In this document: piece after piece, positions 10,866-20,568 of the stretch
Numbering within the stretch: the first letter of the stretch is position 1
Layout of the letters: every line of letters begins with the position of its first letter
From: a virus
Lineage: Duplodnaviria; Caudoviricetes
Strand: one strand, 5' to 3'
Virus record (IMG/VR): IMGVR_UViG_3300036782_000077
Span: 1-59,157 of that record
DNA length: 59,157 bases
Position numbers and translations under genes: made by a program
Notes under the pieces: generated by a model
Seen by the model: only the letters and a program-made list of their open reading frames with translations
Databases searched by the model: none
Told to the model about the DNA's origin: nothing

Positions 10866-11473
10866 CCACCCCCCTGTTCGAGGCCGTCCCGGCCGCCACC
10901 ACGGCGGCCGGGCCCCGGCCCCGCCTCTACCGCGTCGCCGGGCTCGACATCAGCCTCACCGGCACCGGCATCGCCACCGCAGGTGGCACCACCCGCGTAC
11001 CCACCAAGGGCCGCCGCGCCGCCTCCATCGCGGACCGGCACGCCCGCCTCCGCTACATCACCGGACGCGTCCTCGACGAGGTCGGCACCGTCGACCTCGC
11101 ATGCGTCGAGGGGCCGTCCCACGCCTCCATGGGACAGGCTGGACACCACGACCTCTCCGGCCTCTGGTGGCGGATCGTCGGCGCCCTGGCCGACCGGGAC
11201 ATCCCCGTCGCCGTCATCCCGCCCATGAGCCGGGCTAAGTACGCGACAGGACGCGGCAATTCACGGAAGACGGTCGTCCTCGACGCCGCCCGCACGCGGT
11301 ACGGCGCGATCCTCCCGAGCGACGACGAGGCCGACGCCCTCATCCTCCGGGCGATGGGACTGCACCACCTCGGCCAACCGCTCGCCGAGGTTCCCGACGG
11401 CCACTGTGCGGCCCTCGCCGGCTGCCAGTGGCCGCCCTTCCCCAGCCCGTCCGCCGCAAGGAGCACCACGTGA
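10862..11473 (+). CDS. RuvC-like Holliday junction resolvase
   Basis: GLDISLTGTG, VEGP, KYATGRGN, DDEADAL motifs. Confidence 0.85.
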   Translation: MTTPLFEAVPAATTAAGPRPRLYRVAGLDISLTGTGIATAGGTTRVPTKGRRAASIADRHARLRYITGRVLDEVGTVDLACVEGPSHASMGQAGHHDLSGLWWRIVGALADRDIPVAVIPPMSRAKYATGRGNSRKTVVLDAARTRYGAILPSDDEADALILRAMGLHHLGQPLAEVPDGHCAALAGCQWPPFPSPSAARSTT

Positions 11474-11787
11474 TCGTCACGCTTTCGACCTCTACCGGGC
11501 CCGTCTCCGTGTCTGCCTCCGAGCCCGCTCAGGGCCTGCGCGTCTTCGAGATCCCCACTGACATCAGCCCGTTCTCGACGTACCGCTGGATCCTCGCGCA
11601 CCACGAAGGCGTCGCCCTGGCGGCGTTCAAGACCGAGGAGGCCGCAGCAGCGGCTGCCAAGAAGGTGGCCCCGCTCGCTGACTGGACCCGCAACGCGATC
11701 ACGGCCGCCAACGAGATCGGTCCCGCCGGCATGGAAGACCTGATGGCTCTTTTGCGGCTCTCCGGCGGCCGCCATCCCAACGCCTGA
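11470..11787 (+). CDS. hypothetical phage protein
   Basis: AAGGAG RBS, GTGA overlap. Confidence 0.6.
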   Translation: MIVTLSTSTGPVSVSASEPAQGLRVFEIPTDISPFSTYRWILAHHEGVALAAFKTEEAAAAAAKKVAPLADWTRNAITAANEIGPAGMEDLMALLRLSGGRHPNA

Positions 11788-11803
11788 CCCACATCCGCAC
11801 GGC

Positions 11804-11838
11804 CCCGGGGCGGGACAACCCACAGATCCCGCCCCGGG
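11804..11838 (+). terminator. GC-rich intergenic hairpin
   Basis: CCCGGGGCGGGA-N11-TCCCGCCCCGGG before the replication gene. Confidence 0.5.
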
Positions 11839-11862
11839 CGCACCAGCAGAGAGAAGCCTCAG

Positions 11863-12903
11863 ATGCCCTGGGTACGACTCGACGACCGGTTCCCCTCGCA
11901 CCGGAAGGTCGCGCTGCTCAACGACCGGGCGTTTCGGCTGTATGTCTCCGGGTTGTGCTGGGTCTCCGAGAACTTGACCGAGGGGAAGATCCTCGATCGC
12001 GAGCTGACGGTCATCTCCCGCATCCGCGGGCCGAAGGCCGCCGCCGCCGAGCTGGTCGACGCCGGCCTCTGGGAGCGTGTGGCGGACGGGTACGTGATCC
12101 ACGACTACCTGGAGTACAACCCCGACCGGGCTCGGGTGAAGGCCGACCGGGAGGCGAACGCGGCGCGGCAGAAGGCGTTCCGGGAGAGGAAGCGCGCCGA
12201 GCGCGAAGCAGCGAAGAAGGGCGCCGAGGGATCGGCCCGTAACTCCGACCGTAACGCTGACCGTAACGGCGTTACGCGTGACGCCGACGACGCTCCGAAT
12301 GACACGAAGTCGACAGCACAACGACACGACGGCGACACGAACGCGGAAGAAAGCACCCCCGAAAAAAACGGACAACCGCAGGTCAAGCCAATCCGTAACG
12401 CCGTGAGTAACGCCACCCCGTCCCGTCCCGTCCTTCCTTCTCCTTCAGAGAAGGAGAAGGAAGAAGGACAGCTAGCTACGCGCGCGGGTACCTGCGACAT
12501 CCCCTACATCGGCGACCGCCCCCGAATCCCCGCCGCCAGCCAGCCCCTCATCGACGCCCTCCAAACCGCCCGCCTCCACGTCGGCTGGGACCTCCGCCCC
12601 GAAGAGTGGCTCCTCATCGAGGCCCTCATCCGCCGATGCGGCATCCCCGCCCTCGTCGCCTCCGCCACCGCCAGCTGGCAAGGCGCCCGCAGCCAACCCC
12701 GCAGCAGCCGGTACTTCCTCCCCGCCTGGCGCGCCCTCCCAGACGCTCCAGCGGCCCCGGCCAACCTGCCGGCGGCCGTAGGAGGCGGCTCCGTCGTCCC
12801 CTTCGGCCCCACCCCCCGCCCCTCAACCACAGACCAGCGCGTCCAGCAGGCCCTCAACATCGGCCGCGCCATGCAGGCCCGCTACGACCAGGAGCACCAG
12901 TGA
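11863..12903 (+). CDS. phage replication initiator
   Basis: MPWVRLDDRF..HRKV, LV.AGLW, Y.IHDYLEYN N-terminus typical of actinophage initiators; internal iterons. Confidence 0.8.
   Translation: MPWVRLDDRFPSHRKVALLNDRAFRLYVSGLCWVSENLTEGKILDRELTVISRIRGPKAAAAELVDAGLWERVADGYVIHDYLEYNPDRARVKADREANAARQKAFRERKRAEREAAKKGAEGSARNSDRNADRNGVTRDADDAPNDTKSTAQRHDGDTNAEESTPEKNGQPQVKPIRNAVSNATPSRPVLPSPSEKEKEEGQLATRAGTCDIPYIGDRPRIPAASQPLIDALQTARLHVGWDLRPEEWLLIEALIRRCGIPALVASATASWQGARSQPRSSRYFLPAWRALPDAPAAPANLPAAVGGGSVVPFGPTPRPSTTDQRVQQALNIGRAMQARYDQEHQ
12237..12415. repeat. iteron-like origin inside the initiator gene
   Basis: CCGTAAC at 12237, 12249 and 12261 (12-bp period); palindrome CGTAACGGCGTTACG; A-tract at 12362; further GTAACG near 12395 and 12407. 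Confidence 0.65.
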
Positions 12904-13580
12904 TCGACTACGAACAGGCCGGTGAACTCCTCGGCCTCGCCGCCGCCCGCGACCAACGCACCGTCGGCGAGGCGGACGTGCACGCCTGGTACGACGACCT
13001 CAACGCCGCCGGCATCACCTACGACGACGCCCGCGCCGCCCTCACCCGCTTCTACGTCGCCCAGGGCGACCTGCGCCCCGAGGACCGCTTCCGCGCCACC
13101 ACCCCAGATGTCATCCACCACGCCCGCGCCGTCCGCTGCGAGCGCCTGGCCAACTTCGCCTACGAACCGCCCCCCGGCGACGCCGACCCGCACTACCTCG
13201 CCCGGCTCCGCGGCCAACTCGCCGCCATCGCCGGCGGCTACGTCCCGGCGCCCCCGGATGCCCCCGCCCTCGAAGGTGGCCCGCACCCGCGGGTAGTCGC
13301 CGAACTCGCCGGCATCGGCCGGGCGATACCGGAGCCAGACCGGGAACAGGCCGCCGCCATCAACCAGATCCGCCGCCCCGGCCCCCTCGGCATCGACTGC
13401 CCCACCTGCCACGCCCCTATCGGCCGACCCTGCAAGACCCGGCTGCGGAAGAACACCCCGCGACCACACGGTGCCCGCCGCCGCATCGCCGCCGGCCAGC
13501 CCGCGGCAACCGAGACCCCCGCCGAGATCGAGCAGCGCCGCGCCGCCGCCCTCGCCTATCTCGCCCGGGAGGGCGCATGA
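12900..13580 (+). CDS. helicase loader/inhibitor-like protein with C-terminal zinc finger
   Basis: LLGLAAARDQRTV..ADV.AW (G39P-like, by recall); CPTC.A..G..C..H; follows the initiator. Confidence 0.6.
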   Translation: MIDYEQAGELLGLAAARDQRTVGEADVHAWYDDLNAAGITYDDARAALTRFYVAQGDLRPEDRFRATTPDVIHHARAVRCERLANFAYEPPPGDADPHYLARLRGQLAAIAGGYVPAPPDAPALEGGPHPRVVAELAGIGRAIPEPDREQAAAINQIRRPGPLGIDCPTCHAPIGRPCKTRLRKNTPRPHGARRRIAAGQPAATETPAEIEQRRAAALAYLAREGA

Positions 13581-13756
13581 CCGGCGCGCCCATGCCACCC
13601 GAACTCCGCCGCCTCCGCCCGCCCGCGCTCACCGTGCCGTGCCCGTACTGCCAAGCCGTCCCTGGCGCCCGCTGCACCACCCCCAGCCGTCGCCGGTACA
13701 CCACCCCGCACCCCTCCCGAACTGCCCTCACCAGCAGAACGGCCCCCAACCCATGA
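13577..13756 (+). CDS. 59-aa zinc-finger protein (below ORF track cutoff)
   Basis: MTGAPMPPELRRLRPPALTVPCPYCQAVPGARC...PHPSR; ATGA overlaps at both ends. Confidence 0.65.
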   Translation: MTGAPMPPELRRLRPPALTVPCPYCQAVPGARCTTPSRRRYTTPHPSRTALTSRTAPNP

Positions 13757-13980
13757 GCCACCAATGCCCGCCCACCTGCCACCGCTGCCCCGACCTCGAC
13801 GACGACGTCATGCCCGGCTGCATGGGCACCGCCTCCAACCAAAGCGCGCGAGAAGAAACTCGCCGACTCCTCACCTGGTGCACCTGCTCAGCGAACCTGG
13901 CCCTGCCCGCCGAAGACAGTGCCGCCGCCCGAATCGCCCTGCTCGAAGCCCGCGTCGCAGACCTGGAGGCCCGTCTGTGA
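13753..13980 (+). CDS. Cys-rich hypothetical protein
   Basis: CHRC..MPGCMG..WCTC then coiled tail; coupled overlaps. Confidence 0.55.
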   Translation: MSHQCPPTCHRCPDLDDDVMPGCMGTASNQSAREETRRLLTWCTCSANLALPAEDSAAARIALLEARVADLEARL

Positions 13981-14192
13981 CAGTCCCGCCAGCCGCTCTC
14001 GCGATCATCCGCGCCGCCCTCGATGACTACCTGCTCACCACCCGGCCATCGCACGCCACCTCAGACGGCCAGACCGCCCAGATAGCCCAATACCTCACCA
14101 GCAACGGCTACACCATCACGCCCAACAACCCCGAGAACGGCCACAAACGCACCCCAGAGCACCGAATGGGCCCCGCAAAGCCCCTCCCGTAA
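13977..14192 (+). CDS. hypothetical phage protein
   Basis: GGAGG RBS, GTGA overlap. Confidence 0.55.
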   Translation: MTVPPAALAIIRAALDDYLLTTRPSHATSDGQTAQIAQYLTSNGYTITPNNPENGHKRTPEHRMGPAKPLP

Positions 14193-14263
14193 ATCGTCAC
14201 CCGAACGACCGTCAAAGCGCCACACAGAGCCCTCGCTCAAACGACACACAGAACGGACACCCC

Positions 14264-14500
14264 ATGACCGACCACCACACCCGCGCGGGCCAGACCTACC
14301 GCAGCTGCGACCCCCGCGAGTCCATCCGCATCCGCATCCTCATCGAGGCGTACCGGCCGGGCGACGCCCGCGCGCACATCGTCGACGCCGTCACCGGCAA
14401 GCGGCCTCGGCAGATCCTCGTCAGCTCGCTGCACACCAGTCCGACCACTGCCACCGGGGCACCCCGCCGCACCGGGTACGCCCTGGAGACCGACGAGTGA
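14264..14500 (+). CDS. hypothetical phage protein
   Basis: AGQTYRSCDPR...RRTGYALE; coupled to next gene. Confidence 0.6.
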   Translation: MTDHHTRAGQTYRSCDPRESIRIRILIEAYRPGDARAHIVDAVTGKRPRQILVSSLHTSPTTATGAPRRTGYALETDE

Positions 14501-14688
14501 CCAGCTGCGCGCTATGCGGCCGGCGCCTCCGCCGACCCGCCGCCGACGGCCTCGGCCCCGTCTGCCGCCGAGCACTCCAACTCCGCCCGCTGCGGACGCC
14601 GGTGGCCGTCCCGGAAACCCCCGTCCCCACAGTCCCCGGCCAGCTTCCGCTCCCTATCCCGATCACCACCACGAGGTACCACCGATGA
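14497..14688 (+). CDS. small zinc-ribbon protein (DUF6011-like)
   Basis: CALCGRRL...GLGPVC motif. Confidence 0.6.
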   Translation: MTSCALCGRRLRRPAADGLGPVCRRALQLRPLRTPVAVPETPVPTVPGQLPLPIPITTTRYHR

Positions 14689-14918
14689 GCCACCAGACCC
14701 TCACAGCAGCAGAGGCTGAGCGCCGGATGGCCGACGCCGCACACGCCGAGGCGCAGGGCCGGTACCGCGAGGCGGCCCACCTCTACGACCGGCTCGGCAA
14801 GGAAATCCAGGCCCAGTTCGGGCGCTTCGACTCCCGTGTGCTGGACGCCTTCGAGGGAGTAGCCCGCGCGGTCCGCAGGGGCACGAAGGACGGAGGGTCA
14901 TGGTTCGCCCGGCCGTAG
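14685..14918 (+). CDS. small helical (TPR-like) protein
   Basis: GAGG RBS; AQGRYREAAHLY pattern. Confidence 0.55.
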   Translation: MSHQTLTAAEAERRMADAAHAEAQGRYREAAHLYDRLGKEIQAQFGRFDSRVLDAFEGVARAVRRGTKDGGSWFARP

Positions 14919-15039
14919 CCGCCGCCCCGGATGCAGCGTCCGAACGCGCCTCTCACCTGGACGGACGGTGTCCGGATATCCCGCCGGACGCGCCCGGACA
15001 ACTCCCTCTCCTCATCCCGACCACCACCACGAGGACACC

Positions 15040-15378
15040 GTGAGCCAGCCACCCGCCGAACTGATAGCCAACGTCAAACAGGTCGAGGCCGAGCGCGACG
15101 CCGTGTACCGCGAACGCGCGCACCTCCTCGCCTGGCTCGCCACCACCGTGCCCGCGGCCATCACCCCGGCCGCCGACACAGACGAGCCCGGCTGGAACCT
15201 CCTCTACCTGACCACCCCCGCCGGTCAGCTCTCCTGGCACATCGCCCCACGGGATGCCGGCCTCTTCGGCCACGTCGAGCACGTGGCCGCCAGCGACCCA
15301 CGCGCCCAGTGGGACGGCCACTCCACCGACGAGAAGTACAAGCGCATCCGTGCCCATATCCGCTGGGAGCAGCGATGA
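15040..15378 (+). CDS. hypothetical phage protein (GQLSWH / WDGH motifs)
   Basis: GAGGA RBS; YRER..L, GQLSWH, WDGHSTDEKY. Confidence 0.7.
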   Translation: MSQPPAELIANVKQVEAERDAVYRERAHLLAWLATTVPAAITPAADTDEPGWNLLYLTTPAGQLSWHIAPRDAGLFGHVEHVAASDPRAQWDGHSTDEKYKRIRAHIRWEQR

Positions 15379-15644
15379 CCTACCGCCCGTCTACCCCCGC
15401 CCTGCGCCGTCAACTCCGGACCGAACAGGGCCGCGCCAGCGCCGCAGGCTCCGGCTGCCGCGAGGTTGAGCGTGAACGCGACGCGCTTGCAGCTGCCATC
15501 GCCCGCGTGCGCGCCGTATGCGACGCGATCGAGTCCGAACTGGTCAGCAAGGACGACGGAGAACGCACGGTCATCGCTCGTATCCGCAGTGCACTCGGCG
15601 GGGAGCAGCGACCGGGGCAACTCCATGAAGGGACCGACCGATGA
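15375..15644 (+). CDS. hypothetical phage protein
   Basis: ATGA overlaps at both ends. Confidence 0.5.
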   Translation: MTYRPSTPALRRQLRTEQGRASAAGSGCREVERERDALAAAIARVRAVCDAIESELVSKDDGERTVIARIRSALGGEQRPGQLHEGTDR

Positions 15645-15973
15645 CCATCCGCCATTTCACCCGCGAGCAGCTCGAAGACCTCGGCATCCCGCCGACCGAC
15701 CCCGACGAAGTCGACTTCGAGGAGCACCTCCTCGCTGACGAGCACGTGACCACCCTGAAGTACACCGCTCTGCGGCGCTGCATCTTCCGCGCCGACGATG
15801 ACGGACTCACCTACGCGGTGGAGTACGAAGCGCCAACCGACGTGGGCGACTTCGAGGTCGGTGACGGTCCAGACGATCACGGCTGGTACGGCGGCACCGT
15901 GAAGGCCGTCCGGGTTGAACCGCGCGAGGTCACCGTCATCCGCTGGGAGCCCGTCTCCGAGGAGGGATTCTGA
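15641..15973 (+). CDS. acidic hypothetical phage protein
   Basis: Coupled ORF, strong GC3 bias. Confidence 0.65.
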   Translation: MTIRHFTREQLEDLGIPPTDPDEVDFEEHLLADEHVTTLKYTALRRCIFRADDDGLTYAVEYEAPTDVGDFEVGDGPDDHGWYGGTVKAVRVEPREVTVIRWEPVSEEGF

Positions 15974-16446
15974 TGACCATTCACCAGCTCGCAACCCTCG
16001 CGACGCTCGGTGCCCTCGGGGCCGTGCTCTCGGCTGGCCACGCCCTCGCCGACCACGTCCTCGGCCAGACCGACCACCAGTCGGAACGGAAGGCAGCGCC
16101 GTCCCGAGAGGAGATCGAGAGCGGCGCGAACCCCCACCGCGGGTGGGGTGCGTGCCTCACGCACGTCGCCCAGTACCACCTCGTCCTCGGCACCCTCATC
16201 GCCATCGCGTGGGCCGTGCTGCCGCTCCAGATGACGTGGGTCGGCCTCGCGGCCGGGCTCGTCGTCTCAGCGAGCACGCACGCACTCCTGGACCGCCGCT
16301 GGCCGGTGCGCTGGCTCCTGGAGCACACCGGCTCGCCGGGCTTCGCGACGCTGGAGAAGGGCGGGGTGTCCGGCCCTTACCTCGCTGACCAAGCCCTCCA
16401 CAAGACGGCGCTCCTCGTGACCGCCGCGCTGATGGCCCTGCTGTAA
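15973..16446 (+). CDS. DUF3307-family membrane protein
   Basis: H.LADH..QT, H...Y, HALLDR, DQALH motifs with TM helices. Confidence 0.8.
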   Translation: MTIHQLATLATLGALGAVLSAGHALADHVLGQTDHQSERKAAPSREEIESGANPHRGWGACLTHVAQYHLVLGTLIAIAWAVLPLQMTWVGLAAGLVVSASTHALLDRRWPVRWLLEHTGSPGFATLEKGGVSGPYLADQALHKTALLVTAALMALL

Positions 16447-16608
16447 CCCGCGCCCGGACAACGTCCGCGACCACCGGACAACTCCCGGGCAAGGCGCCCG
16501 GACACGCCCCTCACCTGCACGGACATCGTCCGGACACCACAACGGGCGCGCCGACCACACCGGTCGGCGCGCCCACCCCGAACAGATCACCGCACGCAAG
16601 GACGCCCC

Positions 16609-17169
16609 ATGGAAGCTGCTTCCTTTCCGATCTTTCTGAACGGCCTCGCCCCCGGCGAGCACACCCCCTGCTACGGCAGCGCCTCTCTCTTCGTCGCCAA
16701 GGACGGCGACTTCGGCCGCCTCCGCGCCACCTCCGCCAAGGCACTCTGCGCGCAGTGTCCCGTCCGTGAAGGCTGCGCTGACTGGGCTCTTGAAAACGAC
16801 GAGCGGGACGGCATCTGGGGCGGCCTCACCCCCAAAGAGCGCACCAAGATCCGGGAGCACGACACCAAGTCGTCCCCGCGCGCCGAGTGCGGCACCGCGA
16901 CTGCATGGCGCGCCCACGTCAGCCGCGGCGAGACCTGCCACGCCTGCCAGATCGAGCAGGAGGAGCGGATCCGAGGCGACCGTCTCGCTCGCCTCGACGC
17001 CGAGCACCAGAAAGGCGGCAGCCTGGCCGGGTACCGCCTGGAACTGCTGCTCGGCCTCCCGACGTGCCCCGCCTGCCGAGCCGCACGGAACGCCTACTAC
17101 AAGGGCCGCCCGCGCACCCCCAAGTGGTACCGCCGCAGCGGCGGCGCCGCCTCCAGGACAGCCGCCTGA
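16609..17169 (+). CDS. WhiB-family regulator with two C-terminal Zn-binding repeats
   Basis: C...AKALCAQCPVREGC...GIWGGLTPKER; CGT..AWRAH..RGE.C.AC and C.ACRAA. Confidence 0.9.
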   Translation: MEAASFPIFLNGLAPGEHTPCYGSASLFVAKDGDFGRLRATSAKALCAQCPVREGCADWALENDERDGIWGGLTPKERTKIREHDTKSSPRAECGTATAWRAHVSRGETCHACQIEQEERIRGDRLARLDAEHQKGGSLAGYRLELLLGLPTCPACRAARNAYYKGRPRTPKWYRRSGGAASRTAA

Positions 17170-17297
17170 ACTGCCCGGACAGCTACCCCGGACACGCCCG
17201 TACATCCTCACCGGACATCCGGACACAACCCATCTGGCCAGCACGGACACTCGTCCGGATGCCCCGTCCGGACACCATCCGCACCCGAACGGACACC

Positions 17298-17969
17298 ATG
17301 ACCGCCATCATCGTCATCGCCGCCATCGCAGCCTGGCTCCTCTACCGCCACCAACGCCCCCAGACCGGCGCCGGTGCCTCCGCCGAAGCCCGCGCACGCC
17401 AACTCCGCAGCCCGCTCATCCGGTTAGCCGACGCGGTCGGCATCCAGACCCGACGTGGTCGGCAGGCCGCCCGCTACCGCGCCGGCGCCGAGGGGGAGCG
17501 CCGGACCGCCGCCCGCCTCGCCCCGCTCCGGAACGAGGGCTGGACGATCCTCCACGACCGCGCACTGCCCGCCGGCCGAGCCAACGTCGACCACCTCGCG
17601 ATCAGCCCCCTCGGCACCGTCATCCTGCCGGACACCAAGCGCTGGTCCGCCCGCTACCGCCTCCGCGTCGTCGACGGCCGACTCCTCCACGGCAACCTCG
17701 ACGTCACCGACCGCCTCCGCGGCCTTCGCCACGAAACAGCCGTCGTTTCCAACGCCCTCGGCGTCCCTGTCACCCCGCTCGTCATCATGGACGGCGCCCC
17801 GATCGACGGCGGTGAGCTGACGCTGGGCGGTATCCGGATCGTGCCCGCGGACCGGGCCTGCGCGGTCCTGCGCATTCTGGGGCGCATCTCAGGGCAGCGC
17901 CATGCTGGGGAGATCAGCAATGCGGCGGAGCGCCTGTTCCCGCCGCATACGAAGGTGCATCGCGGGTAG
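17298..17969 (+). CDS. membrane-anchored NERD-domain nuclease
   Basis: GAEGERRTA, WTILHDR, NVDHL.I.P.G, DTKRW; hydrophobic N-terminus; TTA at 17424. Confidence 0.8.
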   Translation: MTAIIVIAAIAAWLLYRHQRPQTGAGASAEARARQLRSPLIRLADAVGIQTRRGRQAARYRAGAEGERRTAARLAPLRNEGWTILHDRALPAGRANVDHLAISPLGTVILPDTKRWSARYRLRVVDGRLLHGNLDVTDRLRGLRHETAVVSNALGVPVTPLVIMDGAPIDGGELTLGGIRIVPADRACAVLRILGRISGQRHAGEISNAAERLFPPHTKVHRG

Positions 17970-18073
17970 GGGCCAGCACCCCTTGGTGAACGAGCAGGTA
18001 CGGGCAACCTGCCATCTATTCTGGACCTGGCGCGCTGCCAGTTGCCTCTCGGCCGCAGCGATTTGGGAAGGGC

Positions 18074-19072
18074 CTATGAGGTCTCTCCCTCATCCTGGCT
18101 GGGAGGCTCCGGTATTCCCAGCAGGAAATACAACGAGTCTCCCCACTCCGACCAAGCCCGCAAGGTCTCTCGACTGATCATGTGGATATTCTGAGATCGA
18201 GCAAATTTACTTGCAGGCTCGGAGAACTGCCCGCTCGCTACCATGACCACGATGTCAGCCTTATGCACTGGCCGCGCCGTCCCGTTCAGGCGCTGAACAG
18301 CCCCAGAATCAACCGAGCGATTCCCTTTATTGTGTTTGCATTGAAACACTATCCGCCGCCCATCGGGCGTATCCGCAATAACGTCTGCCCCTAGGTCCCC
18401 CGACCCTCCAGTCCGCCAAGCCTTCATTCCGTCGCGGTCAGCTAGCCATCGCACAAGAATTTCAAAATTCTTGTGGTCGAAGTTATCGATTTCATCGAGG
18501 GTGAATTTTGTTTCATTTTCGTAGAAGCGTGCGCGCCTGCTGTTCAGCGCGCGAACATCTGCGAGATCGGCATCCAGCCCTTGCTGGACTTTCTCGGCTT
18601 CGCGCTTCGCGGCCAGGGATTCATCCCATGAGATACCTATCTCCTCTAGGGGGGTTTTCCAATCACTTCCTCGCTCCCACTGGGCAACGAACGAACCGAA
18701 GCCGAACTGGTTGCGCATTTCTACAAAAAGGTCGGATGCTCGTTGCCAGGCTTGCGATACCTTCCAGATCAAGTTACTCATCTTCGCCGTGGCCCGATTG
18801 ACGGCTTCTCGGTATTCCGCCTGGGCGAACGGAATATTTTGGAGATCTGAATATTTCGAGGCGCGCATAGTGTCGCGCCGCTCCCTCAGGTGATCACGAA
18901 TTTCTTTCATTGCCGTGCAGCCCCGAGAAGCAATGCGCCCCTCCTGTTCCCAGAGAAAGCATGCCAGGAGGTCGTCGGAGCTGGCCTTGCCGATGAGATC
19001 CCCCATCAACTGGCGCAACTCCTTGTCGGTGTACCGCTTAGGGGCAACTCGGGCCGTGGCGTCAATGATCAC
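18074..19072 (-). CDS. Mrr-like restriction endonuclease with helical N-terminal region (low-GC moron)
   Basis: FEILV..L, GGSGDLGADVIA, VFQCK, AVQRL.G, FS..A..FA motifs; opposite strand; TACGCT-N6-GTG start. Confidence 0.85.
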   Translation of the reverse strand: MIIDATARVAPKRYTDKELRQLMGDLIGKASSDDLLACFLWEQEGRIASRGCTAMKEIRDHLRERRDTMRASKYSDLQNIPFAQAEYREAVNRATAKMSNLIWKVSQAWQRASDLFVEMRNQFGFGSFVAQWERGSDWKTPLEEIGISWDESLAAKREAEKVQQGLDADLADVRALNSRRARFYENETKFTLDEIDNFDHKNFEILVRWLADRDGMKAWRTGGSGDLGADVIADTPDGRRIVFQCKHNKGNRSVDSGAVQRLNGTARPVHKADIVVMVASGQFSEPASKFARSQNIHMISRETLRAWSEWGDSLYFLLGIPEPPSQDEGETS

Positions 19073-19359
19073 GGCGGGAGCGTACCGAACTCGTCACGCG
19101 TCCCCAAACTCGAACTTCGAGGGCGTCCCCCTTTTTCAAGATCGTTTTCTTTGGTTCTGCATCCGCAGGTTAACTATTTCCCAGTCAAATTTCGTGTGAG
19201 GTCGGCCAGTTGACATATGTGCGGCGATATTTGATCTTGAATTCTGCAAGTGGCGGCGAGATAGGGAAACGCAGGAGGTGAGCCGGAAACTCAACGCCAC
19301 AGCAGTTGCGCGAGCGAGCGGTAGAGTCCTACGAAAGCGGGTGGAACCTCTGCCCAACG

Positions 19360-19569
19360 TCACCCCCAGACGTCAGGGCCACCGCCCTGCCACTCGATGA
19401 GTCGCGGGTCATTCAGGCTGATCGAGCACTCCTCCAGCCCGGCGGGCCGCAGGAACTCGACGACATCGCGTGGACCATAAGCCAGCCCCAGAATCGTCGC
19501 GGCGACCGTTACTCGCCGACCGCCCGTCGGCGATGCTGGTTGCACCACAACAGGTGGACGCTCGTTCGT
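19360..19569 (-). pseudogene. small hypothetical protein with ACG in place of the start codon
   Basis: PPVVV.P.S.TGGRRV...LGLAY...FL..AGL...WQGGGPDVW; CACGGT-N6-ACG suggests a mutated leaderless ATG. Confidence 0.5.
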
Positions 19570-19739
19570 GCATCCACCGTGACACCGCACGGCTGGAGCT
19601 GCACCCGCAGGCGTCCGCTCGGCATCGACTGCGAGGGCCCATCGAGGGCATCGAGGCGTTCGGGACCTGCCGGCCCAACACGGAGCTCAGACTCCCTGGC
19701 TGGCCGATCCTTTTCAGCCGTTGCGCCTACAATCAGCCA

Positions 19740-20009
19740 GTGGCTGACCTACCTGACGAACTGGTGTCCCTCGAACGTGCTGCCGTGACTGCATACGAAA
19801 AGGTGCGCACCTTCCGGCAGGAGTACGGGCCACCCGACACCGACGGCATCTGGACCGAGGCGCAGCACGCCGCCCGGCAAGAGGCATGGGACCAGTGGCG
19901 GGAGGCCGCTGGCGCCGTGCAGGCCGCGATCACCGCGCACGCAGAGGCCGCGGGGGAGAACCGGCCCGCGATCGAGATGGCTGTGAAGAAGGCCGCGCGC
20001 GCGGCGTGA
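19740..20009 (+). CDS. small helical hypothetical protein
   Basis: TACAAT-N6-GTG leaderless start; WREAA..VQAAITAHA...EMAVKKA. Confidence 0.65.
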   Translation: MADLPDELVSLERAAVTAYEKVRTFRQEYGPPDTDGIWTEAQHAARQEAWDQWREAAGAVQAAITAHAEAAGENRPAIEMAVKKAARAA

Positions 20010-20245
20010 GCATCTTCCGTGTCATCCTCCACTTCGACCCCGAGGGGCCGAAGGTTACGGGTGAGTGGGCGGTCGAAGAGACCGCCCTGCGCTGCTTCCG
20101 CTCGTGGGTGGGGCTGTACGGAAGTGCCGCCGGCGTGCGCATCACCCTGGTGGAAGAGCCCGCCGAAGCCGGGGGTGGGACGGTGTTGCGGACGTGGCCT
20201 GCTCCCGAGCTGCCGGCGGCTGCTGCTCTCAGGCGAGAGGGATGA
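20006..20245 (+). CDS. hypothetical protein
   Basis: GTGA overlap; G.W..EETA...F.SWVG.YG...RITLVE. Confidence 0.6.
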   Translation: MSIFRVILHFDPEGPKVTGEWAVEETALRCFRSWVGLYGSAAGVRITLVEEPAEAGGGTVLRTWPAPELPAAAALRREG

Positions 20246-20471
20246 CGTCCAGGACCGCGATGGTCTTGTGGGTATGACTGATGAAGACCAAGGCGAGCGC
20301 GCCGTCAGTGAGCACCGTGCGATTCCACTCGTCAGCTTCGCCGCGGGGGCGAGTCTGACCGATCGGATCCCAGCAGGCGGCTTCCAAGGACAGGGTGAGC
20401 GCTTCGCTCGCGGCTGGCGGGAGGGCGTCGTGGGCAGCCTCGGTGCCGGGGTCGTAGATGAGCCGGTACAA
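20229..20471 (-). CDS. RelE/ParE-like toxin candidate
   Basis: MYRLIYDP..EAAHDALP..A, C-terminal beta strands ending IAVLDV; GGGAGG RBS before TTG. Confidence 0.55.
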   Translation of the reverse strand: MYRLIYDPGTEAAHDALPPAASEALTLSLEAACWDPIGQTRPRGEADEWNRTVLTDGALALVFISHTHKTIAVLDVIPLA

Positions 20472-20568
20472 CGTGCTGACCTCCCGGTCTGCCTGGATCA
20501 CACGGTCGCCGGTGAGGTCGACGTGCGGGCAGAGTATCGGATCAACAACAGTGAGTTACCCGATTCAG

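Noticed and set aside
14927-17295. CRISPR array or mini-array
   Set aside because: Repeats are 6-7 nt with irregular spacing; no 25-40 nt repeat-spacer period and no cas genes
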